DNA from: Armatimonadota bacterium
GTDB taxonomy: Bacteria; Armatimonadota; Hebobacteria; GCA-020354555; CP070648
Reading direction: 5' to 3'
DNA: 64,000 nucleotides
Assembly: GCA_035527535.1 (NCBI GenBank)
Contig: DATLAK010000084.1
Location: forward strand, 9,413 to 73,412
This document shows, piece after piece, positions 1 through 9,853 of the stretch; the first letter of the stretch is position 1, and each line of letters begins with the position of its first letter. The notes beneath the pieces are model-generated. The model saw only the letters and a program-made list of their open reading frames with translations, made no database searches and was not told the DNA's origin. The position numbers and the translations under genes are program-made.

Positions 1-6
1 GCCGCC

Positions 7-566
7 TCAATCCCGCCGGAGGCCGACCTGGGCGGGGGTGCGGGCGAGGTGATCAACGGCGTCTATCTCGGCGGGGAAGAAGGGAAGCTCCAGCAGGTCC
101 TGGGCGAAGGCGTGGGCGGCGACCTCGCGCGCCACCCGCGGCCAATCACGGCTCACCCCCTGCAAGATCTCCGGGCGCGCGCGCTGGAGGTAGCGGAAGA
201 TCTCGGTGGCGACGGCGATCACGTCGAGCGCAACCGTCGCCAGGCGCGGCGCCCGCAGCACCAACAGCCGCGACAGGTCGCCCAGCGCCTCGGTGTAGAG
301 GACGATGACGGGCGCGTCGGTCAGCGCCTCGCTGCGCAGCCGCGGGTTGTCGCGACAGCGCGCGCGCAGCTCGATACGGATGCCGAGCGCTTCCGCCAGC
401 CGCCAGGGGTCGCCAGTCCCCCACTGGCGCACCAGGGCGTCGGCGCTGGCATGACCTGCGCGCACGGCGCGCTCCAGCATCACCAGGCGCCCGCTGGTCG
501 CCGTATCCGGGGCGGGAGTGCGCGGCGCCGTCGCCGCGCGCAACGCTCGCGCATGGATCATCCTTG
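7..566 (-). CDS. hypothetical protein. The ORF runs off the window start, so the C-terminus is probably incomplete. Its start overlaps the lspA stop by 8 nt.
   Basis: GC3-rich ORF. Start at MIHARAL, immediately downstream of lspA in the same orientation. No motif recognised. Confidence 0.4.
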
Positions 567-1187
567 CACCCCCCCGCCGGCGCCGGCCAGCTCTCTCTCG
601 ATGAGACCAGGCAGGGCGATCATGGCCCGCACGAACAATATGAGCGCGCCCCCGAACGCCACCAGGTCGGCGAAATTGAAAACGTAGTTGCTGCGGGCCC
701 CGAATTGGAGGAAGTCCACGACGAAGCCGGCACATGCTCGCTCGGCGGCCAGTGCGGCCACGCCTCCCAGCACCAGCGCCAGGCCGCCCTCGGTGGCAAA
801 CGACATCCGGTAGCCCCGCTCCGCCAGCATCTGGTACAGCCGCACGCTCGCGACGGCGCTTACCAGGGTCGCGCACAACAGCCACGCTGACGTGCCGCCG
901 AAGCCCTGTAGGTAGTTCGCGTAGTAGCCGACCTCCATCGCGCCGCCGAGGTACGAATGGTGAGGGCCGTTGTGGGCGAGCTGACCGACGGCTAGGCCGT
1001 TGGCCGCCGTGGCGGTCGCTAGCGCCCTAGCCACAATCCACTTGCTGGCCTGATCGAGGAAGACCACTGCGGCGACGATCTGCGGCCAGTGCGGGCGGCG
1101 GGGGCCGAAGCGAAGGAGAAAGGCAAGCATGGCCGCGCTCGCCAGGAAGCCGGAGATGATGGTTTGGGTCAGCACATCAATGTGCAA
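558..1187 (-). CDS. lspA: lipoprotein signal peptidase (signal peptidase II)
   Basis: Multi-TM protein with the LspA-like C-terminal motif FNFADLVAFGGALIL. The start may be an internal Met (N-terminal extension). Confidence 0.75.
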   Translation of the reverse strand: MHIDVLTQTIISGFLASAAMLAFLLRFGPRRPHWPQIVAAVVFLDQASKWIVARALATATAANGLAVGQLAHNGPHHSYLGGAMEVGYYANYLQGFGGTSAWLLCATLVSAVASVRLYQMLAERGYRMSFATEGGLALVLGGVAALAAERACAGFVVDFLQFGARSNYVFNFADLVAFGGALILFVRAMIALPGLIERELAGAGGGVQG

Positions 1188-1189
1188 GG

Positions 1190-2044
1190 CACTCGCTCCT
1201 CAGGCATGGGCGCGAGGAGCGGCAGTTCCCCGGGAGGCCCGTTCGTAACGGGCATAGCGCAAGAATCGTGCCACGCCTATCGGGGTGCGATGCGGGGCGA
1301 GGGGACAGTTCCCCGCCGCCCAGCACACCGCCCAGGCCCGGAGCGGGAAGGAACTGTCCCCTCCCGGGTAAGGTGAACAGGGGAGCAGTTGAGCAGGGGA
1401 CTCGGAGACGAAGAGCAATAGAGTGGCACGCCGGCGGATGCTTGGGCGCGCCCCGATTCTTCGGGGCGCGAACCGCGCCCTCGGGCGAAGTCGCGCCCGG
1501 TCCTCACCCGCCAGGTGAAGGCCACACGCTGGCGGCGCATGATCTCGATTAGACCCGGATTATGCGTGAGGCTTCGGGGATGTCGTTCCGAGACGGCGTG
1601 AACGCAATCCGGTACGCGCGGCAGGTCAGTTTCGCGGCCCCGCTCGCCTTGATTTCCCAGCTGGCCACTGTCACCTCAGCCACACCCCAGAGCGACCCCA
1701 GGGCCATCTCCCTCCCATGCGCCCGCGTTACCCGCCCCACCTTTTCCCGACTCCCACCTAGCCACCCTTATCACTTGACGCAATCCTGCCCCCGCCGCCA
1801 GGACCCACCCTTGGCAGGAATCCCCGTCCCCTTGTTGAACATAGTATTGGTCCCAGCCCGCTTCAGATTGAACCAAGGCACGCTCATAGGGCTGACAACC
1901 TGCACATCCTGCGCGAGTACATCGCGCACGAGTGGTTGCCGCAGAAAGAGGTTTCCTGAGCCGATCCGAAAGGCAGCCGCATGAGGAGATTATCCCATCG
2001 CTAAGCAGCCCCTCGCCGAGGTCTTCGGTTTCCCGGTTGACAAC
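1190..2044. other. ~850 bp ORF-free, hairpin-rich region upstream of the R-M module
   Basis: No GC3-consistent ORF. Perfect 14-bp inverted repeat GAGGGGACAGTTCC...GGAACTGTCCCCTC (~1305-1370). Tandem GC hairpins GCGCCCCGATTCTTCGGGGCGC and GGGCGCGAACCGCGCCC (~1440-1500). Confidence 0.5.
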
Positions 2045-2854
2045 ATGAGTCCCGAAGCGATACAGCACCGCCGCGAGCGCGTCTGCCCTTTCAAGGCAGC
2101 GAAATGCACGAAGGACAAGAAAGATGACCCGCTCGGCGTGTGTAGCGTCTTTGCTGACGACAAGGTGGTCATCACCTGCCCTATGCGGTTTCGCCAAGAC
2201 TGGCTTGTTGCCAAAGACGCGGCGTCCTTTTTCTTCCCGGCCAGCGCGCACTTGGCGACGTTAACCGAAGTGCGCGTGAAAGACAAGTACGGCAAACTCG
2301 CGGGCGATATCGACCTCGTCCTCGTGTCTGTTGATGACGCGGGGCGCGTGCTAGATTTCGGCGCGCTGGAGGTGCAGGCGGTGTATATCACCGGCAACGT
2401 GCGTAACCCATTCGCGTACTACATGCAGAACCCGAAGGCGCGCCAAGAAATGAACTGGGCGAGGCAACCGAACTACCCTGGGCCTGATTATCTGTCGTCC
2501 TCTCGAAAGCGCCTAGCGCCACAGTTGCTGTTCAAAGGCGGCATTCTTCATTCTTGGGGAAAGAAGACCGCGGTGGCTCTGAACACGGGCTTCTTTGAGA
2601 CGCTGCCCGCCCTTGACGCCGTGGCATGTGAAAGAGCGGACATCGCGTGGTTTGTCTACGACCTGGAGCACCACGCGGCGCGGAACGTTTACACGCTGAA
2701 GCGTCGCCGAGTCGTGTACACCAAGTTTGAGGAGAGCCTCGCCAAGATTACGCGATCTGCCCCTGGCCCCATGGCCGATTTCGTCCGCGTCCTGCAGAAG
2801 AAGCTGGCCACTCAGTTAGAGGGCAACTCACAATCGGGCGTCAGCGATGACTAG
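2045..2854 (+). CDS. Type II restriction endonuclease, NotI-family-like (N-terminal Cys4 metal site)
   Basis: CPFKAAKC...GVCSV...ITCPMRFRQDWLV resembles the NotI Fe-Cys4 motif (CPF...C...GVCVV...DWLVCPNRA). Overlaps the downstream MTase by 8 nt. Local GC ~57%. Confidence 0.55.
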   Translation: MSPEAIQHRRERVCPFKAAKCTKDKKDDPLGVCSVFADDKVVITCPMRFRQDWLVAKDAASFFFPASAHLATLTEVRVKDKYGKLAGDIDLVLVSVDDAGRVLDFGALEVQAVYITGNVRNPFAYYMQNPKARQEMNWARQPNYPGPDYLSSSRKRLAPQLLFKGGILHSWGKKTAVALNTGFFETLPALDAVACERADIAWFVYDLEHHAARNVYTLKRRRVVYTKFEESLAKITRSAPGPMADFVRVLQKKLATQLEGNSQSGVSDD

Positions 2855-3737
2855 CATAGGATATCAACTGGATCTGGACGGGGCGCCGACGGCCGACCAG
2901 GTGGTAAACGTCGCGTCGGTTCCGCAGCGCAGTCCCTTCCGCTATCCGGGCGGAAAGACCTGGCTGATTCCGCGCGTCCGTCAATGGCTGCGTTCTCTCC
3001 CGAAGCGGCCCTCCGTGTTGGTGGAGCCATTCGCGGGCGGCGCGATTGTTGGCCTTACGGTAGCCTTTGAGCGCTTGGCCGAAAAGGTCGTTCTGGTCGA
3101 GCTTGATGAGCAGGTCGCCGCCGTCTGGAAGACTATCCTCAGCGACGACTGCGAGTGGTTAGTCGGCCGCGTGTTGTCCTTCACCCCGACCTTGGAGAAT
3201 GTGCGCGCGGAGCTTGCGAACACAGACCCGACCACGCCGGCGCTGGCCTTCCGAACCCTAGTCAAGAACCGCACCTATCACGGCGGCATTATCGCGCCCG
3301 GTAGCAGGCCTATGAAGAACGGCGAAAACGGGCGGGGATTGAAGTCCCGATGGTATCCCAGAACGCTAGCTGGACGGATACGGGCGATAGCGAGCATCCG
3401 CGACCGCATCACTTTCACCGAGGGCGATGGCATTGCGGTCATCCGCACCTACGCGCGCCGAAAGACCGCGGTGTTCTTCGTAGACCCCCCGTACACGGCG
3501 GCCGGCAAGAGGGCCGGCATGCGGCTCTACACGCATCACGTCCTCGACCATGAGAGGTTATTTGCGACCACGGCGCGCGTCGCGGGCGACTTCCTGATGA
3601 CCTATGACAACGCGGAAGACGTCGCGGCGCTCGCGGTAGCGCACGGCATGCAGACCCGGACGATTGCGATGAAGAACACCCACCATGCGCAGATGACCGA
3701 ATTGCTTGTCGGGCGCGACTTGAGCTGGTTGCGCTAG
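2847..3737 (+). CDS. DNA N6-adenine methyltransferase (D12/Dam-like, alpha class)
   Basis: Motif I EPFAGGAIVG precedes motif IV FFVDPPY. N-terminal FRYPGGK. Translationally coupled to the upstream REase. Confidence 0.8.
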   Translation: MTSIGYQLDLDGAPTADQVVNVASVPQRSPFRYPGGKTWLIPRVRQWLRSLPKRPSVLVEPFAGGAIVGLTVAFERLAEKVVLVELDEQVAAVWKTILSDDCEWLVGRVLSFTPTLENVRAELANTDPTTPALAFRTLVKNRTYHGGIIAPGSRPMKNGENGRGLKSRWYPRTLAGRIRAIASIRDRITFTEGDGIAVIRTYARRKTAVFFVDPPYTAAGKRAGMRLYTHHVLDHERLFATTARVAGDFLMTYDNAEDVAALAVAHGMQTRTIAMKNTHHAQMTELLVGRDLSWLR

Positions 3738-3833
3738 AACACTCCGCTTGATCGCCGTCCCACCAAGAACACCACCACCCTTCCAGGCTCACTCGTTGGC
3801 TGTGCGCTTCGCGTTGACAATGCATGATCCGGG

Positions 3834-4625
3834 CTAAAGCTTGCGCGGGCGCAGGTCGGCGCGCACGCGAAGGTCTCGCGGCGTGACCAGCAGTTGCCTG
3901 ATCGAGAACGCGAACGGCCCTTGTCGCCCCTCGTTGAGGTCAACGACGGGGTTGATGTCCCTCATCAGGCGGTCAACAATGAACGCGGGCACGGGCACGA
4001 TCGAGACGTGAGCCTTGGGGTCCACCAGGAAGACCTTGCCCCCCGCCGGCTCCAGGCTGCAGGTCAGGCGCACGGGAATCCGCACGCCGCGCCGCACATA
4101 GCCGCTGACCGTGATTTCGCCGTAGCCGAAGGCCAGGCGCAGGTCCTCGACCTGCGTCACCCGCGGCGCCACCATCTTGGTCAGGCCGGCGGCCGTGAGC
4201 CTGGCTTCGGCGGAGCTCTTGCCGACGCGAATGATCTCCAGCTTGCGCCGCCAGATCGCCTTCCATAGGTCGTAGCGAATGTCTTTGATCGTGAGGTCGA
4301 GCCGTTCCACCGGCAGTTCCTTGATGCGGAAGTCGCGCGCATGGATGGCGACGCTGCCGACCCTGCCGACGAGGTCGCCCCCGCCTCCGATGCGCAGGCC
4401 GCCGTCCTCCGGCAGCGAATGGAGGTCGAACCCGACCAGCGTGATCTCGACCTGGTCCACCTGGCGGGAGAACGGCGACCGATGGCCGCGGCGCACCTCA
4501 ACCTTGACTTGCTGGACCGGGCCCAGGGTCTCGCGCATTTGCGCTTCGATCCCCCGCTCGACTTTTCCCGAGACCCCGAGTGTGCCCAGGATGGCGGACA
4601 GCAGCAGCGCAATCAGGGCTTCCAT
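3834..4625 (-). CDS. membrane-anchored hypothetical protein (possibly DUF2993/LmeA-like)
   Basis: N-terminal TM helix MEALIALLLSAILGTLG followed by a beta-rich domain. Start chosen at the internal Met after the Arg-rich junk prefix. Confidence 0.4.
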   Translation of the reverse strand: MEALIALLLSAILGTLGVSGKVERGIEAQMRETLGPVQQVKVEVRRGHRSPFSRQVDQVEITLVGFDLHSLPEDGGLRIGGGGDLVGRVGSVAIHARDFRIKELPVERLDLTIKDIRYDLWKAIWRRKLEIIRVGKSSAEARLTAAGLTKMVAPRVTQVEDLRLAFGYGEITVSGYVRRGVRIPVRLTCSLEPAGGKVFLVDPKAHVSIVPVPAFIVDRLMRDINPVVDLNEGRQGPFAFSIRQLLVTPRDLRVRADLRPRKL

Positions 4626-4686
4626 GTCACGCCCCTCCCTGGTCTCGCCCGCCGGAGGCGGGTGAGCCTTCTTTCGCCGGCAAGCA

Positions 4687-5742
4687 TTACGTCCACCCCT
4701 GTTCATACCCCGTTTCGTACATGGCGACGATGTTTTCGGGCCGGCTGACGGCCTGAATATTGTGACACGGCGCCAGGATGTAGCCGCCGCCGGCGCCGAG
4801 AATGCGCAGGTTATCCTCCACCTCCTGCCGCACCTGCGCGACAGTGCCGAAGGCCAGCGTGTATTGGTTGTCCACCCCGCCGTGGAACACCAGCCGCTCG
4901 CCGAAATCGCGCTTCAACCCCTCGCGCTCCATGCCCTTGCAGCGCCATTGGATGGGGTTGAGCACGTCTATGCCGGCCGCGACCAGGTCGGGCAGGATCT
5001 CGCGGATCGCGCCGTCGCTGTGGTGGAAGACGTAGGCGCCGGCGTCGTGTGCCAGCTCCATCATGCGCTTCATGCGCGGCAGCAGGAACTCGTGGATGTG
5101 CGCGCGCGACAGCATCAGACCTTCCTGGGAACCGAGGTCCTCGGCGACATAGGTAATCATCACCTGGCCGGGGATCTGCTCGTAGATGCGCCGCGTGTTC
5201 TCGTGGGCCAGGTCGAATAGACGGTCGAGGCAGAAGTGGACGAGGTCCGGGTGCAGCACCAGGTCCATGAACGCCTGCTCCTGGCCGCGCAGGTTCTTGT
5301 AGAGCAGGAACGGCTCCGACCCGCCGCCGCGGAGGGGGCGATGCTCGTTGCCCTCGACCTGACCCGCGATGCCGGAGTAGTCCCACCAGTCAGGGCTGGG
5401 CCAGGAATAGTCGCGCTGCAACTGCTCCAGGGTTTCATACTTCGCCAGGGGGTTGTGAATGCACTCGGAATAGGCGCCCGTGCCGTAATCCACGGTCTGG
5501 TGCCGGCAGCCGAAGAGGTCCTCACCCGGCGGCGGCTCAGGGCCGACGTAGCGGCCGCTCACCGTCACCGGAGCGTCAATGTGCAGGCGGTGAAACACCT
5601 CGCCCAGATCGGCGCAGCCGAGATGGCGCAGGAGCTTCTCCGTCGCCTCGCCGGTCGCCCAATAGTCCATGGGCACGCGATCCGGCCGCTCCCGCCGTAG
5701 CACCGCCAGCCAGCGCTCCCGCGGGGTCATGGTCTCTTTCAT
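4687..5742 (-). CDS. uroporphyrinogen decarboxylase (URO-D)/MtaA-CmuA family protein
   Basis: URO-D fold signatures: RVPMDYW..., HHSDGAIREILPDLVAAGIDVLNPIQ, FHGGVDNQ. Confidence 0.7.
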   Translation of the reverse strand: MKETMTPRERWLAVLRRERPDRVPMDYWATGEATEKLLRHLGCADLGEVFHRLHIDAPVTVSGRYVGPEPPPGEDLFGCRHQTVDYGTGAYSECIHNPLAKYETLEQLQRDYSWPSPDWWDYSGIAGQVEGNEHRPLRGGGSEPFLLYKNLRGQEQAFMDLVLHPDLVHFCLDRLFDLAHENTRRIYEQIPGQVMITYVAEDLGSQEGLMLSRAHIHEFLLPRMKRMMELAHDAGAYVFHHSDGAIREILPDLVAAGIDVLNPIQWRCKGMEREGLKRDFGERLVFHGGVDNQYTLAFGTVAQVRQEVEDNLRILGAGGGYILAPCHNIQAVSRPENIVAMYETGYEQGWT

Positions 5743-5787
5743 TGGTTGCTCCTGCGTGTCTGGAACGATAAAGACACGAACGGTAGG

Positions 5788-5844
5788 GCAGCCGTCTCGG
5801 CTGCCAACCCGTCGAGGATGCCAGGCGGGACGCCTGGCCTACCG
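5788..5844. repeat. REP-C double hairpin GGCAGCCGTCTCGGCTGCC ... CCAGGCGGGACGCCTGGCCTACCG
   Basis: Intergenic, between the two URO-D genes. Shares CCTGGCCTACCG with the copy at 15347-15370. Confidence 0.6.
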
Positions 5845-5912
5845 TGTCTTTGTGCGGCTAGGCCAGGGGCCGCCGTGGCGGTCAGCATTGCTGACCTAGC
5901 CACCTTGGTGGT

Positions 5913-7067
5913 TCAACTGCCGCCGTACTTCGGTGCCAGCCGGTGGAACTCATCCAGCAGCGCCATGAAGTTATCGTACTTCGTGCCGTAGGCGATGGAC
6001 TGGCTGGGGCCGAGGATGAACCCCGGCGTGCGGGCGCCGCGCTCCAGTGCCTGCCGCACGTCGCGGCGGATGTCATCGGGCGTGCCCGCGATCAAGTCCT
6101 CCACCGGCACCCCGCCCCACAGGCACAGGCGGTCGCCGAAGTCGCGCTTCAGCCCGCCGATCTCCATATCCGGGATGTCCTGCAGCGACTGGTAGCACTG
6201 CACGCCCGCCTCGATGAACATCGGGATCAGCGGGCGGTTATCGCCGCAGCTATGCAGCACCACCTGGTAGCCCAGCGCGCGCGCGCGTCGCACCCGCTCG
6301 CGCATCGCCTCGAAGCAGAACTCGCGGAACATCCGCGGCGAGATGAACGGCCCCTTGGTCGTTCCGAAGTCTTGCTGGAAGAACACCCCGTCCTGGCCGG
6401 GGCGAAGCATGTACTCGTCGGCCGCGTTCTGGCGCGCGACCGCCTGCCCGGTCGCCGCGCGCACCACCTCGGGATGGAGCGCGTATTCCAGCAGCCCGCG
6501 CTCCCATCCGCCCAAGAGCACCATCGCGGCAAACCCGCCCGAGTCGCCGAGGATGTAGCGGTCGCCCCCCAGGTGCTCGATCACATGGTCCACCGCCTCG
6601 AAGATGGTGGGGTCGGGCGGCTGCACCTCGACCGGCCCCGTGAACTGCTCGACGGTGTAGGCAGTCGCTTCGACCGTCGGATCCTCGACGCAGGCGATGT
6701 TGTTCGTCTCCAGCGACGCCTTCCACACGCGCCCCTTGCGGTCGCGCCACGTGTTGTCGGCGATCTGCTTCGGCGGGTCCTCGGGCGCCCACCCGCGCGG
6801 CGGCACGATCGGCGCCTCCTTGAAGGCGATGACGTCGGCCACCTCGAGCTTGCGGTAGAACTCGACGGTATCACGCTGGTAGCTATCCACCACCTCGTCG
6901 CGCCGGCCCTGCCACAGCGCGAGCTGGGCCTTGATCTTGTTGCGCACATAGGTCTCGCGCCCGATCACGCGCTCGATGGTGTCGCAGTCCACGACGTAGA
7001 AGCCCAATGGCACGCGATCCACCGGCTCCCGGTTGATCGCGGCGCGCACTCGTTCCTTGCCGTTCAT
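5913..7067 (-). CDS. URO-D/MtaA family protein (paralog)
   Basis: Same fold: REPVDRVPLGFY, LHSCGDNRPLIPMFIEAGVQCYQSLQ, LWGGVP. Start at MNGKERV. Confidence 0.7.
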   Translation of the reverse strand: MNGKERVRAAINREPVDRVPLGFYVVDCDTIERVIGRETYVRNKIKAQLALWQGRRDEVVDSYQRDTVEFYRKLEVADVIAFKEAPIVPPRGWAPEDPPKQIADNTWRDRKGRVWKASLETNNIACVEDPTVEATAYTVEQFTGPVEVQPPDPTIFEAVDHVIEHLGGDRYILGDSGGFAAMVLLGGWERGLLEYALHPEVVRAATGQAVARQNAADEYMLRPGQDGVFFQQDFGTTKGPFISPRMFREFCFEAMRERVRRARALGYQVVLHSCGDNRPLIPMFIEAGVQCYQSLQDIPDMEIGGLKRDFGDRLCLWGGVPVEDLIAGTPDDIRRDVRQALERGARTPGFILGPSQSIAYGTKYDNFMALLDEFHRLAPKYGGS

Positions 7068-7102
7068 GGGGCCATCTCCATTCGCGCCCGCGCGTCCGGT
7101 TC

Positions 7103-9853
7103 TCACTCGCGCAGCGGCTCGCCCTGGCTGATGATGGTGACGTAAGCGCGTGCGCTCGCGGTCTGGTCGGCCCGTGCGTCGCAGGTGAAAGCGACCTGGT
7201 TGTCGCCGGCGGCAAGCTCCGGCGCTTCTCCCTCGGGCTGCACCTCGGCAATCAGCTTGCCCTGGGGATCATAGAGCCTGCAATCCGACATGGAGCGAAA
7301 CTCGAGGTAGCAGCCGGTTTCGATCTCGCACGGGAAGACGACGGTCTTGCCGCCGATGGTCACCGCCGGGTTGCGCAACTTGATCTCGACCAGCGGCAGC
7401 GCCCGGATGGGGCTCAGGCGGCAGTCCACCTGTCCCCCCGGCGGGAGGTTGTTGTACCATAGGCCGAGCGATGCCACCTGGCGGTAGTCCACGAACTCGC
7501 GGTAAATCGAGTGCAGATCGCCGTAGGGCCAGTGATAGTCCTCGAAGCGCGCGCCCTCCGGCTCGATCATCTCGAAGTAGCGCCAGCCGGTGAAGTCCAC
7601 AATGACGTAATGGTCGCCGATGCCGGCGACAACGTGCTCCGGGCTGCGGAGCTGAAAGTTGAGCACTTCCCCCTGCCCGTCGCCGTGAACCCAAACGCCG
7701 AGCGCCTGGCGCTCACCGAGGTCGAGCGGGGTCGGGAACACCTTGGTCATCCCCGCCCACGTTGCGGTGGGCTGCTGCAGTTCGCTGGTGGCGGTGTAGC
7801 GGCCGCTGACGGGGCCCGCCTTCACCTCGGCCGCGTCGGGGCGCAGATCCGCACGCACACCGGCCTGGGCGACGCGATCGGCGAAGTCGCGGTCGTCCGC
7901 GAAATCCGCCAGCGTCAAGTTGTCGGCCGCGTCGTACGGGCCCGCCGACAGCAGCGCCTCGATCCGCAACTGCGCGGGCTGGCCACCAAACTTGCTGCAC
8001 GTGGTCCAGACGTTGCTCCAGCCGTCGCTGCCCTGCACTTTGTGCTTCGCATATTGCACCGGCCGGAAGAACCACTTGCCGTCTGCGGCTTGCTCCAGCG
8101 TGAACTCGCCGCCAGGCGCCCTCAGCTTCGCCTTGACCGACTCCGGGAAGTAGTTGGCGTGCCGTAGATCCTCGTACCGCTTGAAGACGGCCGCCAGCCG
8201 CGCGAAGGCCGGCACTTGCGCTATGCTGTCGGGGTCCACCCCCATCAGCGAGAGGCCGGTATCGGTGGCCAGGGCCTTGCCGCACAGGTACTCGATGTCG
8301 TCCGTGAAGGTGGGCTCCCCCTCGGCGCCCGACCAGGTATTCACCGCCCACCATCCCAGGTGGCCAGGCATCAACATCCGCAGATTGCCCTGGTTGACAG
8401 CAACGTGGAGGTCTATGAATCGCTTGTGACTGCGCCGGGGGTGATCCCAGGCACCCAAGCGCGAGCGCACATACCACAGGTGATGGTGGAATGTGCTCAT
8501 CTCCATGAGCGCGGGGCGCTGCAGGTGCTTCCATATCTCGAACACGAACCTAGAGCTGTAGTGCCAGTAGTTCTCGGCCCCGCCGAGGATGTCTCCGCCG
8601 TCCAGCGCATCGAGGTAGATCATGTCGAAGCCGCACTCGTTGAAGGCCTGCGCGGTCCTTTCCGCCACCTCGCCCAACAGCGTGGAATCGGCATCGGGCA
8701 CGAACAGGCCGAAGCACTCCTTCAGGTGATGCACCTTCGCCCCCGGGGCATGGGGAGCGGGCCGCGTGCCGCAGGCGCCGCGCTCGCAGCCGGTGAAGCC
8801 GTAGGGCGGATCCTGGGCTACACCGGCATAGGTGATCAGCTCGTCGTCTATCTGCAGGGTGGCGCTGTTGCGCACGTAGAAGCCGGTGACCGCGGACATG
8901 CCTTCGGTCTCCTCCATCACCGCCACCGCGGTGTCGTCGGCGCCCAGCGCCGCGGCCAAGGTCAGGCACGCATCCTTGGCGAGCCGCGGATCCGGCGACG
9001 GCGCCACCCACGGGCAGCGCTTGTCAATGAAGAAAGCGTAGGTATGCAGGCCGGCCTTGATGCCGGCGGCGTGCAGCCGGTCAATCACCGCCTTGAGGCT
9101 GGCGAAGCCGCGCGGGTAGGTTTCCGGATTGGGCAGGCAGTCCCCAAACCGGAAGGAAGCGCCGCCGTGGAAGTCTATCTGGTTGAAGCCAAGCGCCTGC
9201 ACTAGCCTGATCCAGTCATCCGCGGTCTGCTCCGACAGGTTGGCGAGGTTGAACAGGTATGACCCGCGGTTGATCTCGGCGTCGAGCGCCCACGGCCCGC
9301 CGATGGAGGAATGCGGCAGCTCCGGCGCCGCGCTCACGACTTCTTGCATCACCTGCCGCAGCTCGCCCTGGGGGCAAGCGATGAGCGCGACCTTGGCGCC
9401 GGCGAAGCCGAAGCGGGGATAGCACGCCGCCCACAGGTGCTTGCTCGGTCCCGGCAGCCCGGACACATTGGTCTGCAGGTTGAGGGCGAGCGCGCAGCAG
9501 GCGAACTCCTCCTCCAGCGTCCCCTCAAGCGTGAGACCGATGTTGGCGAACACGAGCTCCTCCACCCCTTCGCCCGCGACCGACAGGACTTCCAGGGTAA
9601 AGTAGCGCCCCTGCTCGACTGCCGCGAGCACGACCTCGACTCCCGCATCGCCGAACTGCGCCGTGATGCGCCCGTCCCGAAACGAGACCGCTGACGCGCC
9701 GTGATACCGGCCCGCCTGCTTGACTTGAGCGAACGGGAGCCGTGGCTCCCGGACGCAGTAGTCCATGCCCGTGCGCCGGTCAATCAGGTGTGAGTTCTCG
9801 CCGTTGGGGCCGATCTCGTAGCTGGCGCATTGGTTCTCGATTCCCATGGTCAT
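7103..9853 (-). CDS. large (916 aa) hypothetical protein, TIM-barrel glycoside-hydrolase-like
   Basis: Long GC3-rich ORF. Segment GFNQIDFHGG...AGIKAGLHTY is typical of (beta/alpha)8 glycosidases. No exact family assigned. Confidence 0.55.
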   Translation of the reverse strand: MTMGIENQCASYEIGPNGENSHLIDRRTGMDYCVREPRLPFAQVKQAGRYHGASAVSFRDGRITAQFGDAGVEVVLAAVEQGRYFTLEVLSVAGEGVEELVFANIGLTLEGTLEEEFACCALALNLQTNVSGLPGPSKHLWAACYPRFGFAGAKVALIACPQGELRQVMQEVVSAAPELPHSSIGGPWALDAEINRGSYLFNLANLSEQTADDWIRLVQALGFNQIDFHGGASFRFGDCLPNPETYPRGFASLKAVIDRLHAAGIKAGLHTYAFFIDKRCPWVAPSPDPRLAKDACLTLAAALGADDTAVAVMEETEGMSAVTGFYVRNSATLQIDDELITYAGVAQDPPYGFTGCERGACGTRPAPHAPGAKVHHLKECFGLFVPDADSTLLGEVAERTAQAFNECGFDMIYLDALDGGDILGGAENYWHYSSRFVFEIWKHLQRPALMEMSTFHHHLWYVRSRLGAWDHPRRSHKRFIDLHVAVNQGNLRMLMPGHLGWWAVNTWSGAEGEPTFTDDIEYLCGKALATDTGLSLMGVDPDSIAQVPAFARLAAVFKRYEDLRHANYFPESVKAKLRAPGGEFTLEQAADGKWFFRPVQYAKHKVQGSDGWSNVWTTCSKFGGQPAQLRIEALLSAGPYDAADNLTLADFADDRDFADRVAQAGVRADLRPDAAEVKAGPVSGRYTATSELQQPTATWAGMTKVFPTPLDLGERQALGVWVHGDGQGEVLNFQLRSPEHVVAGIGDHYVIVDFTGWRYFEMIEPEGARFEDYHWPYGDLHSIYREFVDYRQVASLGLWYNNLPPGGQVDCRLSPIRALPLVEIKLRNPAVTIGGKTVVFPCEIETGCYLEFRSMSDCRLYDPQGKLIAEVQPEGEAPELAAGDNQVAFTCDARADQTASARAYVTIISQGEPLRE

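Noticed and set aside
7-885. Full 292-aa ORF as listed in the track
   Set aside because: The first ~107 codons overlap lspA in another frame and are Arg-rich. The gene was shortened to start at MIHARAL (566).
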